Assembly (NCBI RefSeq): GCF_964355755.1
Contig: NC_092679.1
Location: 15,979,432 to 16,043,431, forward strand
Source: Antedon mediterranea
Lineage: Eukaryota; Animalia; Echinodermata
Direction of reading: 5' to 3'
DNA: 64,000 nt
A program made the translations under genes and the position numbers. Below, one piece after another: positions 54,293-64,000 of this stretch (within the stretch, counting starts at the first letter, position 1; every line of letters starts with the position of its first letter). Below the pieces are notes generated by a model. That model did not search any database. It saw nothing but the letters and a program-made list of their open reading frames with translations, and was not told the origin of the DNA.

Positions 54293-54900
54293 ACTCATCA
54301 TTGTATATTTCTGCTTTATTGTCATTTGTATAAAACCATTGTGAACCTTTTTATTTCAAAGAAAATAGAATAATTTAAAATGTCATCCAGTAATTATGCC
54401 AGAAAATCGTCTGTTTCTAAACCTCGAAAGACAATGTAATAATAAAAATCCGGATAGAGGGTATAATCCCATATTTCATTTGTCGCCTGATAGGCTATCA
54501 GTTATTCTTTTTTAAGCTAGGTAACATATTTTATGAATTGCTTTTAATACCGTACCTAGACGAGCAATTGTTTTTGTAATCTTAATGAAATTCTGTAAAT
54601 AGTACATCTGATTAAGTTATGATATTTTAAAAATATTGTAAAATATTCTGCCGCCAGAAATAATTAATTACAACATAAAGCATGATGATCAATGAATATA
54701 TTTGTATTAATTTTTATTCATTCCACATTTATGATATTAAGTTGCAATTAAAACCCTATATACTTTCAAATATTCTTGGCTTATACCATTTTTACATCTA
54801 CATAACAAATAAAAATACATACATACAAGTGGTAAATGTATTATTATAAAATTCAGTGGCAGCTCCCCGATATTAGGATGAAGTATTTTCGTAAATGCTC

Positions 54901-56432
54901 TTTTTTTAGTTATCCGCTTGGTAGAGCGGATAACTCCTTGTTATTGTATTTGATAAATTTTTTTTTTTCTGTATTGTTGTTCTTTCTTTCTTGCTTGTTT
55001 GTGCATCGCTCTAAAATGTGTAAACATAACATTTCATAACTTTGACAACATGTGGCCATTTACGTAAAGTTGTGCGCCTTCTATTTTGAATGACGTCAGA
55101 TTTTATGATTTTTAATGATTGATCATAGATTAAAAAGCAAGCTTTATTTTTTTTTTACACTTAGTGAAAATCTAAGTCATATCAAGGTCAAACTTTCTAT
55201 GGATTAAAAATGGCATGTTTCACAAAAAGTTACGCGTGCACGCGCATTTAAAATTTCAAAATGCGCAAAATTAATTTCTAATCAACTTTCTACGCTGAAA
55301 CATGACATTTTGAGCATGTCAAAAATTCCTGTGCATGCAAAAAATGTTACGCGTAAGGTGCGCACGGAGTATGAAAAACATATTTTTTTCTCTTGAATTA
55401 TATTTTTCAAGCCTTTCCTAGTAATTTTGAAAACAATTTAAAACTTTTCCAGTTTAAATAACGCCATACCAACACGTTGAATTAGACAATGAAAAAGCTT
55501 AAAAAATCATCAAAATAATGTCTTTTTTTAAACAGTCATAGTTTCTAAAGTAAACTGTGAACCGTTTATTTTTATTACAAAATCTAGAAATTGATGAGTT
55601 GTAGATATCGGATCATGCATCAATAAGGCTAAAAAACCATTGTGACGTCATCGTATGGCCACACAAATGTAAAATATAGGATTTTTGTCTCTTTCTTTAT
55701 TGCTCATCACATTCAATGGAGCGCATCACGCTTATCTGTATTCCTTTTTCTCCGACATTTTAATATTGTCTAGGTCAATCAACTATCTTTCACATGAAAT
55801 AAAAATATTTTAATTTTTATGACGTCATCATGCCTAAAAATTTTAATTACGTGGGTCATTAATTTCATCTTTACAGTAAATTTTAATCTGTAATAGCTCG
55901 TAAGAATAAAATGTGATAATCACGATTAAAACGTTTTCTGGAAGCTATTGGATTGTAGATACGAATTAATGTGAACATATTGCCAATCAGATGTTGTGAC
56001 GTCATCATATGGCCACTTGACTTTAAAAAGTCGTGTTTTCATCTTTTGCGTCATAGTTCATTACATTTAAAAGAGCGCGCATCAATATTTCACGTATTCA
56101 AATTTTTTCTGTACGTTAATATTTTGTTGCTGAGATAATTTCCTTCCGAAATTGCTACCTTCGCGTTTCATTTCTAAACCGTCAACATGTTAAAAATTGG
56201 AATAAATAGCAAGTCCCGTAATTTCACCTATTCTACACTGTATGTACAGATTATACTGTGTATACTATATGACACAAAATAACCGAATTCAGCAATAACA
56301 ACATATCATATTCTTCAGTTCAGGTCATAATGCCATAATCTTTTTCTGTGTGCAATATTCCAACGTATGACGTGCACGTGGTGTTTCTCGTGCGGATAAC
56401 TAACTCGTCAAAGTTAGTTATCATGTCTAGTT
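54901..56432 (+). mobile_element. 1.5-kb non-autonomous Helentron-like element
   Basis: 5' (T)n-AGTTATCCGC with adjacent inverted GCGGATAACT; 3' GCGGATAACT, 11-bp hairpin GATAACTAACT/AGTTAGTTATC, then CTAG-TTT. Confidence 0.8.
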
Positions 56433-57559
56433 TATAATTCTGCCCTCTGCAATTTCATATTTTTGAGAATCTTTTAAAATATTTTTAATCGCTAATCGTT
56501 TCTAGCAGGATTTTGTTTTTCGTTGATCGGGATATTTGATGTTTGTTTTCATTTTTTGCAGATAACCCTTTTTATGAATAGAAGTTATTACTTGTATTTA
56601 ACGAAACAAAGTTTTGTGGTTTTTTTTTACTTTTCAACTTTTGTGACATTTGACACATTTTAACAGATTTAACTTATCACAAAATACCTCGATAAATCAG
56701 AATTTAATGTTTACCAGAGGTGCATCGCGCAATCTAGCAACTAATCGATGTATGTAACCTTTTTAAAAAACAGAATTTACACATGGGTTTTGAAAAGCGT
56801 TTTTATTTAAAACCATTTTGTGAATTTTGGAGAGAACGAGAAATTTGATGAAAATTCGGGAGGCTCCTGGAGAAAACGTTTGGCATTAATAGCCGTATTT
56901 GGCAACGTACAAGGAATGAAAGCATTAAGGAGCGCTAACATGTTTCGTCTAACTCGAAGCTCCGTTCAAATGAGTACAAACCTATTCATACAATGATTAA
57001 CCTTTCTTGTATTATCAGTATTCTGTTTCTTTATACTCTAGGAGCCTATTCGTCATATTCACTTGTCACTGTGTTGATGTTGCCAGTCTTTAAAATGATC
57101 TTTCACCGCTGTTTATTATACACTAGCCACATTAGACATGTAGTGTCGGTAATTAGATATTACAGAAATTCAACTTGTCGTCTTGCAATTTCCTTTAAAT
57201 TATAATTCACAATGATTATAGGTAATTTATCAATAACATGATATTTAAGAAAACTAATTTGTCTGTTTCGACAAAAGGAAACATGAATAATAGCTTACAA
57301 AAACAACCTGTCGAGGTTAGTACATTTTGTATTTCATAGAACCCCTATGGTGAGGACAAGTTAAAGTGTATGAGGAGTGGACACTAAATAGTTTGTTTAC
57401 GATTTCCATATTTTTTTTTTCTAATTTCCGCTGTCTAATCTGTGATTGAATTTTTATGCCAAAAAAATAATATATAGATACACAATTTCTCTCCAACTGA
57501 TTTACTGTAGTTTTTTATGGTATTTCAATATTGTCAGTATTTTGTAGAAATTTAGACAG

Positions 57560-57728
57560 CGACAACTTGGTAATAATATAGACAATACTCACACAGATAA
57601 CCGATACTTGAGGTATAACAATAATGTAACTTTATTAACAAAGCAAACAGTAAACATTCGTATGTAAAACAACAACAACAAGGGGGCTCATATGGAGCGC
57701 CGTACGTGACATAACAGCCAAACTGGCG
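57560..57728 (-). repeat. 3' LTR (169 bp)
   Basis: Matches the 5' LTR except one substitution (57562) and a 13-bp deletion. Confidence 0.93.
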
Positions 57729-57734
57729 TGACTA

Positions 57735-57760
57735 CCTTTTTTTTTTTTTTTTCCTTTTCT
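57735..57760 (-). promoter_or_regulatory. Polypurine tract
   Basis: GAGAAAAGG(A)nGG on the minus strand just before the 3' LTR. Confidence 0.8.
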
Positions 57761-57901
57761 CAAAAAAAAACAAAGTCAACAACAAAAACGGCAAATCGGG
57801 ACAAACTGTGAATCAAATATAAAAAATTGAAAAACGAGCTTTCATCGGGTAGACTGCCCTCCAGCTTGGGGATTATTCTGCCCCACAATACTTATCAGGA
57901 A

Positions 57902-60900
57902 TCACTTGTCAAGTACAAAATCGTTAAGATGAGTGGGTAAGCGATGACTGCGAGTAGATCGTCTGGGTTCTATCACTGGTGGTGGAATAACGACTTTATG
58001 AAGGTCGGTGAGAGGGCGGACATCATCAGAAGCAGCAGGAGTTAAGAACTCTGAGTCGGTACCAGCAGGCAATGGATCAACCTGGTAAGCGTGATCGGCT
58101 GGGGTTGACAGCTCAATAGGTATTTCTGTACGCGGTGGCTCAGGAATTTGATAATCATCATCGCTGTTCGAGTCCTCTTGGTAATAATGTTGCGATCGAG
58201 GAGATGGTGACGAGGGAACCTTGTAGCATTCCGTACGCTTGACTTTGTACGCCGTACTACGTAACTGAGAACCGATAAATTTGCGGATATTGCACCAAGT
58301 GTTATCAACCGACGTTACGAGATAGCGATGACGGGCCTTTGACTTGTTGCGATCGGCTAAGACGTACACAAGATCACCAACATCAATATCGGAGCTTGCT
58401 GGAAAACGGCCCGTTGGAGCCTTTGATCTTTCACTATGTGCATGATTGGCTAAACGACGTTTGTGCTGTGAGATAATTAATTGACTGTCAGACAGAGGAA
58501 TTTGGTCGTTAGTAAACTGGTCGCGTTGTGTCCACATCTCCCTAGAAGAGAGACCACATGAGCGTAGTCGAGAGTTTAAGCAAGCCATAGTAATTTTGAG
58601 CATAGTTGGGGTGACTAATCCACCAGTGGGTTCTTGTGTAAGAAGTTCGTCTTCTACTTCACGTACGGCCTTTTCGGCGATTGGATTCTTATTTGGGTTT
58701 TTGGTTCTTCCTAGCTCAATCATTATTCTGTGGTGCGCTAACAACTTATCGCTGACCAACGAAGCAAATCCAGGAGCAGGGTCGGTGCGAATTACAGCGT
58801 GTGGGCCGTCAAGAGGCCTGAGCTCGATACAAAGGCGGATTAAACCGTCTCGTAGACTGTCGTGACGTTCGCTGTCGATAATGCACGCGACTGTAAATGA
58901 TGTTACACACTCTCGCATCACTAGAATAAGTTGTCGTTCACGCTTAATTACATCAGCAGCGAAGGTGGTACCAACTGCATCGGGTGGGTCTCCGGTGGAC
59001 TGCGGGATAACGGTATGTGGAATAGAGCGAAGGGCAGCGCAGTGGTGACATCTTGCTGAGATACGCTCCACAGAGGCATCCATGTCGAGAGCGAAGAAAT
59101 ATCTACGAACGATCGTTTTAAGCTGATGGCACGAAGGGTGGTCAAAACGCAGATGAAGTGCTGTGAGAAGGCCCTCGAGGACATCACGAGGAACAACAAT
59201 ACATTCGCGTACGGGTGCGAGTGGCTCATCCCTACGAACGACCAAAAGACCATCCTTGGCTATGGTAGAAAATCGTAGAAGGCGCTTGACATCTTTAATG
59301 TTTGTGATTTTTTTGTGGGGGCGAGTACCCTGAGAAAGGTGAGCGTGAGTGCGTCGTAGGACCGGACATTCAGACTGGATGGCCAGCCAGGCAGGACGAC
59401 TAGTGAAAGGTAGCTTTGTGGAGCCAGATATAACGTCTTTAATGTTCACTTGGAAAACAACAGAGTCTTCGGTTTGTTGGACAAAAGAGCAGATTTGGCA
59501 AGAAGGAGCGTCACAAGGTTGTGCGTTCCTGCTCCCGAAGTCGGACGGCATATTTGCGGAACCTGCGAGGTGGTGAACAGATGCGTGATAGCGGCTAACA
59601 GTGGATAAGAAGGTTGAAACCCGAGGACTCACAGAGAATTCACCTCTGCACAACTTTTCGTAGGCTTGGACACATGGCTTACTGTCTGTCAAAATGTGTG
59701 CCTGATGTGCGGATTGTATGATAAATGGACTAAAGTGTTTTGTGGATGCGGCAATTGAAAGAGCTTCGACTTCACATGGTAACCAGGTCATTTGTCGTCC
59801 GCGTAGTTTAGCGCTATAAAAACCAGCGAGTAATGGTTTGCTGTCACGGGAGACATACAAGGTGGAAGCTATGCCATATTTCTTGACGGCGCCATCAGTT
59901 ACAATCCACAATTGGTCACTTGCTCGTGGGATGGCAATCGTGTGTGGTGAGTTGAGGATAGATTGCGCACTTGCGAAACTAGCGAGCAATTCGTCAGACC
60001 AGTCTATCTTCTCTTGGGATTGTCGTCCAGCGACAGCAGCTTCAAGAGGTGACAAAATAGGTGCACATCGCGGGAGAACGCGAGATAGCATCTTAAATGC
60101 GCCAATGAACGATCGTAATCCGGTCACGGTGACTGGTCTCGGGCAGCTAGATAATGTTGAGATGCGATGAGAGCTAGCTCGGAGTGTCCCTTGGCTCCAT
60201 ATCCACCCAAGAATGTTAGTAGTCTTAGGACAGATAACGGTTTTGGTAGCGGATAAATGTAGTCCTGAGTTGGATAGTGCATGAAGGATTCTTCTCCATA
60301 CGTTCAAGACCTCTTCAACTGTATTACCGCCGCAGTAAAGATCATCAGCGAGTTTTGTAGCTGAACCTTCTTCTAAAAAATCACCCACTACTCTGCTTAG
60401 AAGTTCTTCCAATGCGGTTTCTGACCCCGGCATGCCCATTGCGCAACGGGTATATACCCTGACACCGTGAAATGGAGTGACGATTCCGCAATATTTCATA
60501 GACGGTTTTGAAAGTGGAATTTGGTAGAAAGCGTTGGTAAGATCCGTTGTTATAATGTATTTCCACTGTCCGATTTTAAGAAGAGTGGAGTCGACGTCAG
60601 GCATGAGTGACGGTTGTGGTTTGCTGTACCTGCCGACATCGGCAAAGGATGTCACTAATCTGGAACCGCCGTTGGGTTTCTTCACGAGGAATGACGGATT
60701 GAGATATTCTACAGCAACTCCAACATCTTCTGGACGGGCAAAAACTCCAAGTGTTTCGAGTTCGTCGAACTTGTGTTGTAGTTCGAGGAGCTTGTCTCTT
60801 GCATACTGAGGAAGGCGACCTTTGCGTTGTGGGGGTTGGACTGGTCCCATATTTACGGTGGCAACAAACGGGCCTACAGCACCATTATAACCTTTAAAGG

Positions 60901-62809
60901 AAGGGTTGAAAATGTCATCATACTCCTTGTGGAGGCTAGTAAATTGTTCGAGTATGTTGCGAGGTAGAATGCTATCCGGATCCAGCTTAATGCTATCAGA
61001 GAAGCAAGTGTGAACTGTTGTAGTGCTAAGCTTTGGTGGTTTAATCGGGGATGATGAAGTGTCAGGTAGGTTAGGTGTAAACACAGGGCTAGCTTGGCAA
61101 AACTGTTCATTGCGTGAAAGCACTTTGGGTTCGTCTGACAGGTTAGGAATGCGAATTCGTCCGGCAACGCACGATATGATACGTGGTTCAGGCCAAACAT
61201 GAGATGGCAAAGATGTTTTCGAGATTGGTGCATCAACGCGAGGTTCAATAGCAACAGTGTCTATGTGGGTGAGGTCATTTGGGAGTGAAAGTTCAATGTA
61301 ACTACCTGGCCATATCACAGTGTGTGTTGAGGGAGCACGGAGAACATGAGCGCGTCTGATCGAGTGGCATTCGGACAAAGTGGTAGGCAAGGAGCCATAG
61401 ATGTATGTTGTGCCATCGGCCATAACTACTTGACGCTTAGCGGGGCGGATAGAAATATCATTCTGTTCCATAAACGGTGTACCAGCGAGTAGCTCAACGT
61501 CGAGGTCCTTAACGACGAGGCCATTGAAAGTCAAGTCTTTATTGTCACGTGTAAAGGTGACGTTTGTCTCGCCCATAACCTGTAACTGCGAAGATCCATC
61601 GGCTTGGTGTGCTGATTGACTACTGGGCTTAATCTGAACGCCAAGTAAACGTGCAGTTGATTCACGGATCATGTTGCCAGTAGCACCGCTGTCTATAGTA
61701 ATATGTACGGTATTATAGCCGTGAAAGGCTTCGAGATATGGCGACTGACGTACCTGTATTCGAAGAGCTGAGGATGAACCAGATGGTGGGTCGTTGGGAT
61801 CCTCGACACGGGTGGAATCCTGTTCATAGCAGTAACTGTCGTCATCGTCGAAGATGTTTGCGGCCCGGGCACGTGCCATGTAGCGGCGGTCGCGTTCCGG
61901 AAGGAACTTGCACTCACTGAGAAAGTGGCGGTCTGGTCGTCCACCTTGTTTACAAAATGGGCAGCATTTATTTGGTTTGTTATTGTATGTCTGAGTATTG
62001 AATGTCTTAGGTGGGTAGCGGGAACGCGGTGGTTGAGAAGGAAGAGAAGCTGGTCTTTGAAACGGTAAAATCGCTGAACGCATGACTCTTGTGTCATCGG
62101 AAGTTTTGATTTCTTCTAATAGGGAAGTCATAGCTTGTGAAATTTCAGGCTTGATGGACGCCAGTGTACGTGAGCGAAGCTCTGTGCCATACCTCTGTTT
62201 GACGAGTTGGGGAAGTGAAGGGTGAACTAAGCGTAGCCATGTCAGTGTGAGTAGGTTTTCAAGTGAAGGGGTGAGTTCTTCGTCTTCCGTAATAGGTTGA
62301 TTGTGGTGAGTTATAACACTGTCTGCTTGAAGAAGATTGTCATCAATGAAAGCTAGCAAACGTTGGTATAGATCCTCTGGGCGTTCATCTGGGCCCAGAC
62401 TAATGTTAGCAAACTCTAAGAAATGAGCCCCACTAGATTGGAACCCGTAATGTAATCGTATGCATTGCCAGATGCAAGGTAGTGATGTGGATGATTTTAC
62501 GATAGTGTTTCTTGAGATTACAGGGCAATAGTTAGCAATTTGACCTAACATTAGTTCCAACATGGTTACTTTCTGTTGTGCAGATAAAGCATTAGCTACG
62601 TTGTCTTCAAAACCATTGTCATCAGTGAACCCTCGGAGTGGGGAAGCTCTGGTTTTCTTGCCCCACGAGAAACCTTCCACCAGGAAATTGGCGAATTTAG
62701 TGTCTAATGTTAACGTGTACATGAGGTTTTGACGCCAATTCTCAAATGTGTTTATTGTTTCGTTTTTACCTAAGCACCATTGCTTGGGGGCACGATTGGA
62801 TGCAGCCAT
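57902..62809 (-). CDS. Gag-Pol polyprotein, 1635 aa (Gag, CCHC knuckle, protease, RT, RNase H, integrase)
   Basis: CPFC-x8-H-x4-C; IDSGA protease; DLTNAFYQ/MGM/LADD RT; VTDGA...ILTDSK...DFGSR RNase H; H..H..CHHC then D..RTD..E integrase; Gypsy domain order. Confidence 0.95.
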   Translation of the reverse strand: MAASNRAPKQWCLGKNETINTFENWRQNLMYTLTLDTKFANFLVEGFSWGKKTRASPLRGFTDDNGFEDNVANALSAQQKVTMLELMLGQIANYCPVISRNTIVKSSTSLPCIWQCIRLHYGFQSSGAHFLEFANISLGPDERPEDLYQRLLAFIDDNLLQADSVITHHNQPITEDEELTPSLENLLTLTWLRLVHPSLPQLVKQRYGTELRSRTLASIKPEISQAMTSLLEEIKTSDDTRVMRSAILPFQRPASLPSQPPRSRYPPKTFNTQTYNNKPNKCCPFCKQGGRPDRHFLSECKFLPERDRRYMARARAANIFDDDDSYCYEQDSTRVEDPNDPPSGSSSALRIQVRQSPYLEAFHGYNTVHITIDSGATGNMIRESTARLLGVQIKPSSQSAHQADGSSQLQVMGETNVTFTRDNKDLTFNGLVVKDLDVELLAGTPFMEQNDISIRPAKRQVVMADGTTYIYGSLPTTLSECHSIRRAHVLRAPSTHTVIWPGSYIELSLPNDLTHIDTVAIEPRVDAPISKTSLPSHVWPEPRIISCVAGRIRIPNLSDEPKVLSRNEQFCQASPVFTPNLPDTSSSPIKPPKLSTTTVHTCFSDSIKLDPDSILPRNILEQFTSLHKEYDDIFNPSFKGYNGAVGPFVATVNMGPVQPPQRKGRLPQYARDKLLELQHKFDELETLGVFARPEDVGVAVEYLNPSFLVKKPNGGSRLVTSFADVGRYSKPQPSLMPDVDSTLLKIGQWKYIITTDLTNAFYQIPLSKPSMKYCGIVTPFHGVRVYTRCAMGMPGSETALEELLSRVVGDFLEEGSATKLADDLYCGGNTVEEVLNVWRRILHALSNSGLHLSATKTVICPKTTNILGWIWSQGTLRASSHRISTLSSCPRPVTVTGLRSFIGAFKMLSRVLPRCAPILSPLEAAVAGRQSQEKIDWSDELLASFASAQSILNSPHTIAIPRASDQLWIVTDGAVKKYGIASTLYVSRDSKPLLAGFYSAKLRGRQMTWLPCEVEALSIAASTKHFSPFIIQSAHQAHILTDSKPCVQAYEKLCRGEFSVSPRVSTFLSTVSRYHASVHHLAGSANMPSDFGSRNAQPCDAPSCQICSFVQQTEDSVVFQVNIKDVISGSTKLPFTSRPAWLAIQSECPVLRRTHAHLSQGTRPHKKITNIKDVKRLLRFSTIAKDGLLVVRRDEPLAPVRECIVVPRDVLEGLLTALHLRFDHPSCHQLKTIVRRYFFALDMDASVERISARCHHCAALRSIPHTVIPQSTGDPPDAVGTTFAADVIKRERQLILVMRECVTSFTVACIIDSERHDSLRDGLIRLCIELRPLDGPHAVIRTDPAPGFASLVSDKLLAHHRIMIELGRTKNPNKNPIAEKAVREVEDELLTQEPTGGLVTPTMLKITMACLNSRLRSCGLSSREMWTQRDQFTNDQIPLSDSQLIISQHKRRLANHAHSERSKAPTGRFPASSDIDVGDLVYVLADRNKSKARHRYLVTSVDNTWCNIRKFIGSQLRSTAYKVKRTECYKVPSSPSPRSQHYYQEDSNSDDDYQIPEPPRTEIPIELSTPADHAYQVDPLPAGTDSEFLTPAASDDVRPLTDLHKVVIPPPVIEPRRSTRSHRLPTHLNDFVLDK

Positions 62810-63036
62810 TGTTGTGGTGTTTATACAAAGTGTACTGAATGAAACGTTATTCCTCTATTGACGAACGGAGAATTACAGCGACTGCAGTATGCGCCGGTCA
62901 GTTGCTCGCCTGTGGATGTGCGATAACGGCAGTATAAGTACTATAGTTATAGGGCTAGGCCTAGGTCTGCCTCCTGTGTAGACGGTAAGTCGATATTCTT
63001 GTGGGCAGTAAAATGTGTTGCGTAGGATTTTCGTCT

Positions 63037-63052
63037 CCCGACGCTGCCACCA
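63037..63052 (-). promoter_or_regulatory. Primer binding site, tRNA-Leu-like
   Basis: TGGTGGCAGCG..GGGA directly after the 5' LTR, complementary to the ...CGCTGCCA-CCA end of tRNA-Leu. Confidence 0.8.
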
Positions 63053-63234
63053 CGCCAACTTGGTAATAATATAGACAATACTCACACAGATAATACAACT
63101 GAATAACCGATACTTGAGGTATAACAATAATGTAACTTTATTAACAAAGCAAACAGTAAACATTCGTATGTAAAACAACAACAACAAGGGGGCTCATATG
63201 GAGCGCCGTACGTGACATAACAGCCAAACTGGCG
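63053..63234 (-). repeat. 5' LTR (182 bp)
   Basis: Direct repeat of 57560-57728; ends CGCCA...TGGCG. Confidence 0.93.
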
Positions 63235-64000
63235 CAGTGTCTACTTACTACACGTAAGTTACCATATGAAAATATACAAAAATTCAGCCAAAATTGTCTG
63301 TGTTAATTGCTTATGGGAGGTAAAGTTACCATACAAAAATATACAAAAATTCACATTTTTGCAGTCAAAAAGTGTCTCTGGCCACATGCAGGAGGTGTAC
63401 GATTACATATGCAATAATTAGATAGAAAGAGCATGGGATATTATGTTCATTATGGAAGATGTCTGCTTACGAGAGGTGTATGTCTGCACAGGGAGGTTCA
63501 CTGTACAGTATATAAAAATAATCAATCTTGAAGCGTTTTTCACCCACTACTGTATTTTTGCACAATATTTATTATTAATAACCATCATTATCGTTTGGTT
63601 GTTAATTTGTTTTATATAGTATAAATTCAAACTTTCTATAAATATATATTATTATTTTAGAAATTTATTTATATTAATATCTTAAAAGTTGGCATTAGAA
63701 CATTCTTTAGTGTTTTTTTGTAATTTTTTCCCCCTTTTCAGAGACTTTTAATACATATTTAAATTTAAAACTTACATTACACTACATCCTTTAAATACTT
63801 TTATTAAAAACAGTTTTGTTAATATATTAAAACAAATTACTTAGTCCAGACCACTTTCTATAAAATTCATTCTTTAGTTTTTGGTTGTACAATAGATTTT
63901 CAGAGGAAACTACACAATGCAAATCTTTATTGAAATATTGTAAACATTTACTGTAAAAATGTAAAACCCTTGTGCATATATTCATGTATAATTTATGTCC

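Larger units (their letters stand above)
57560..63234 (-). mobile_element. Full-length Gypsy-like LTR retrotransposon, Troyka-like
   Basis: Two near-identical LTRs, CAG 3-bp TSD (57557-59, 63235-37), PBS, PPT, single intact gag-pol ORF. Confidence 0.95.

Noticed and set aside
58042-62097. Small overlapping or antisense ORFs inside gag-pol
   Set aside because: Shadow ORFs of a GC-richer coding region; no env or accessory features.

Overview
AT-rich, intron-containing animal (probably marine invertebrate) genomic DNA. About 4.5-15.7 kb (+) holds the 3' part of a PTPN14/PTPN21 (Pez)-type FERM-domain tyrosine phosphatase: nine phase-consistent exons plus a candidate 24-nt microexon. Its catalytic motifs are atypical (WPD->WPN, HCSAG->HCVAG, KNRY->RNLF). 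A lone signal-peptide/LRRNT-like first coding exon of a second gene lies at 37.8 kb. A young, intact Gypsy-like LTR retrotransposon (57560-63234, minus) has unusual CG...CG LTR ends, a 3-bp TSD and an LADD RT motif (Troyka-like). The rest is TE debris: Harbinger-, Kolobok- and Tc1/pogo-like MITEs, two non-autonomous Helentron-like elements, tRNA-headed Deu-domain SINEs, a CR1 3' fragment, a solo LTR nested in a MITE, a P-like excision footprint, a Penelope-type minimal hammerhead ribozyme and many minisatellites. All calls were read by eye; family names come from recalled consensus features, not database searches.
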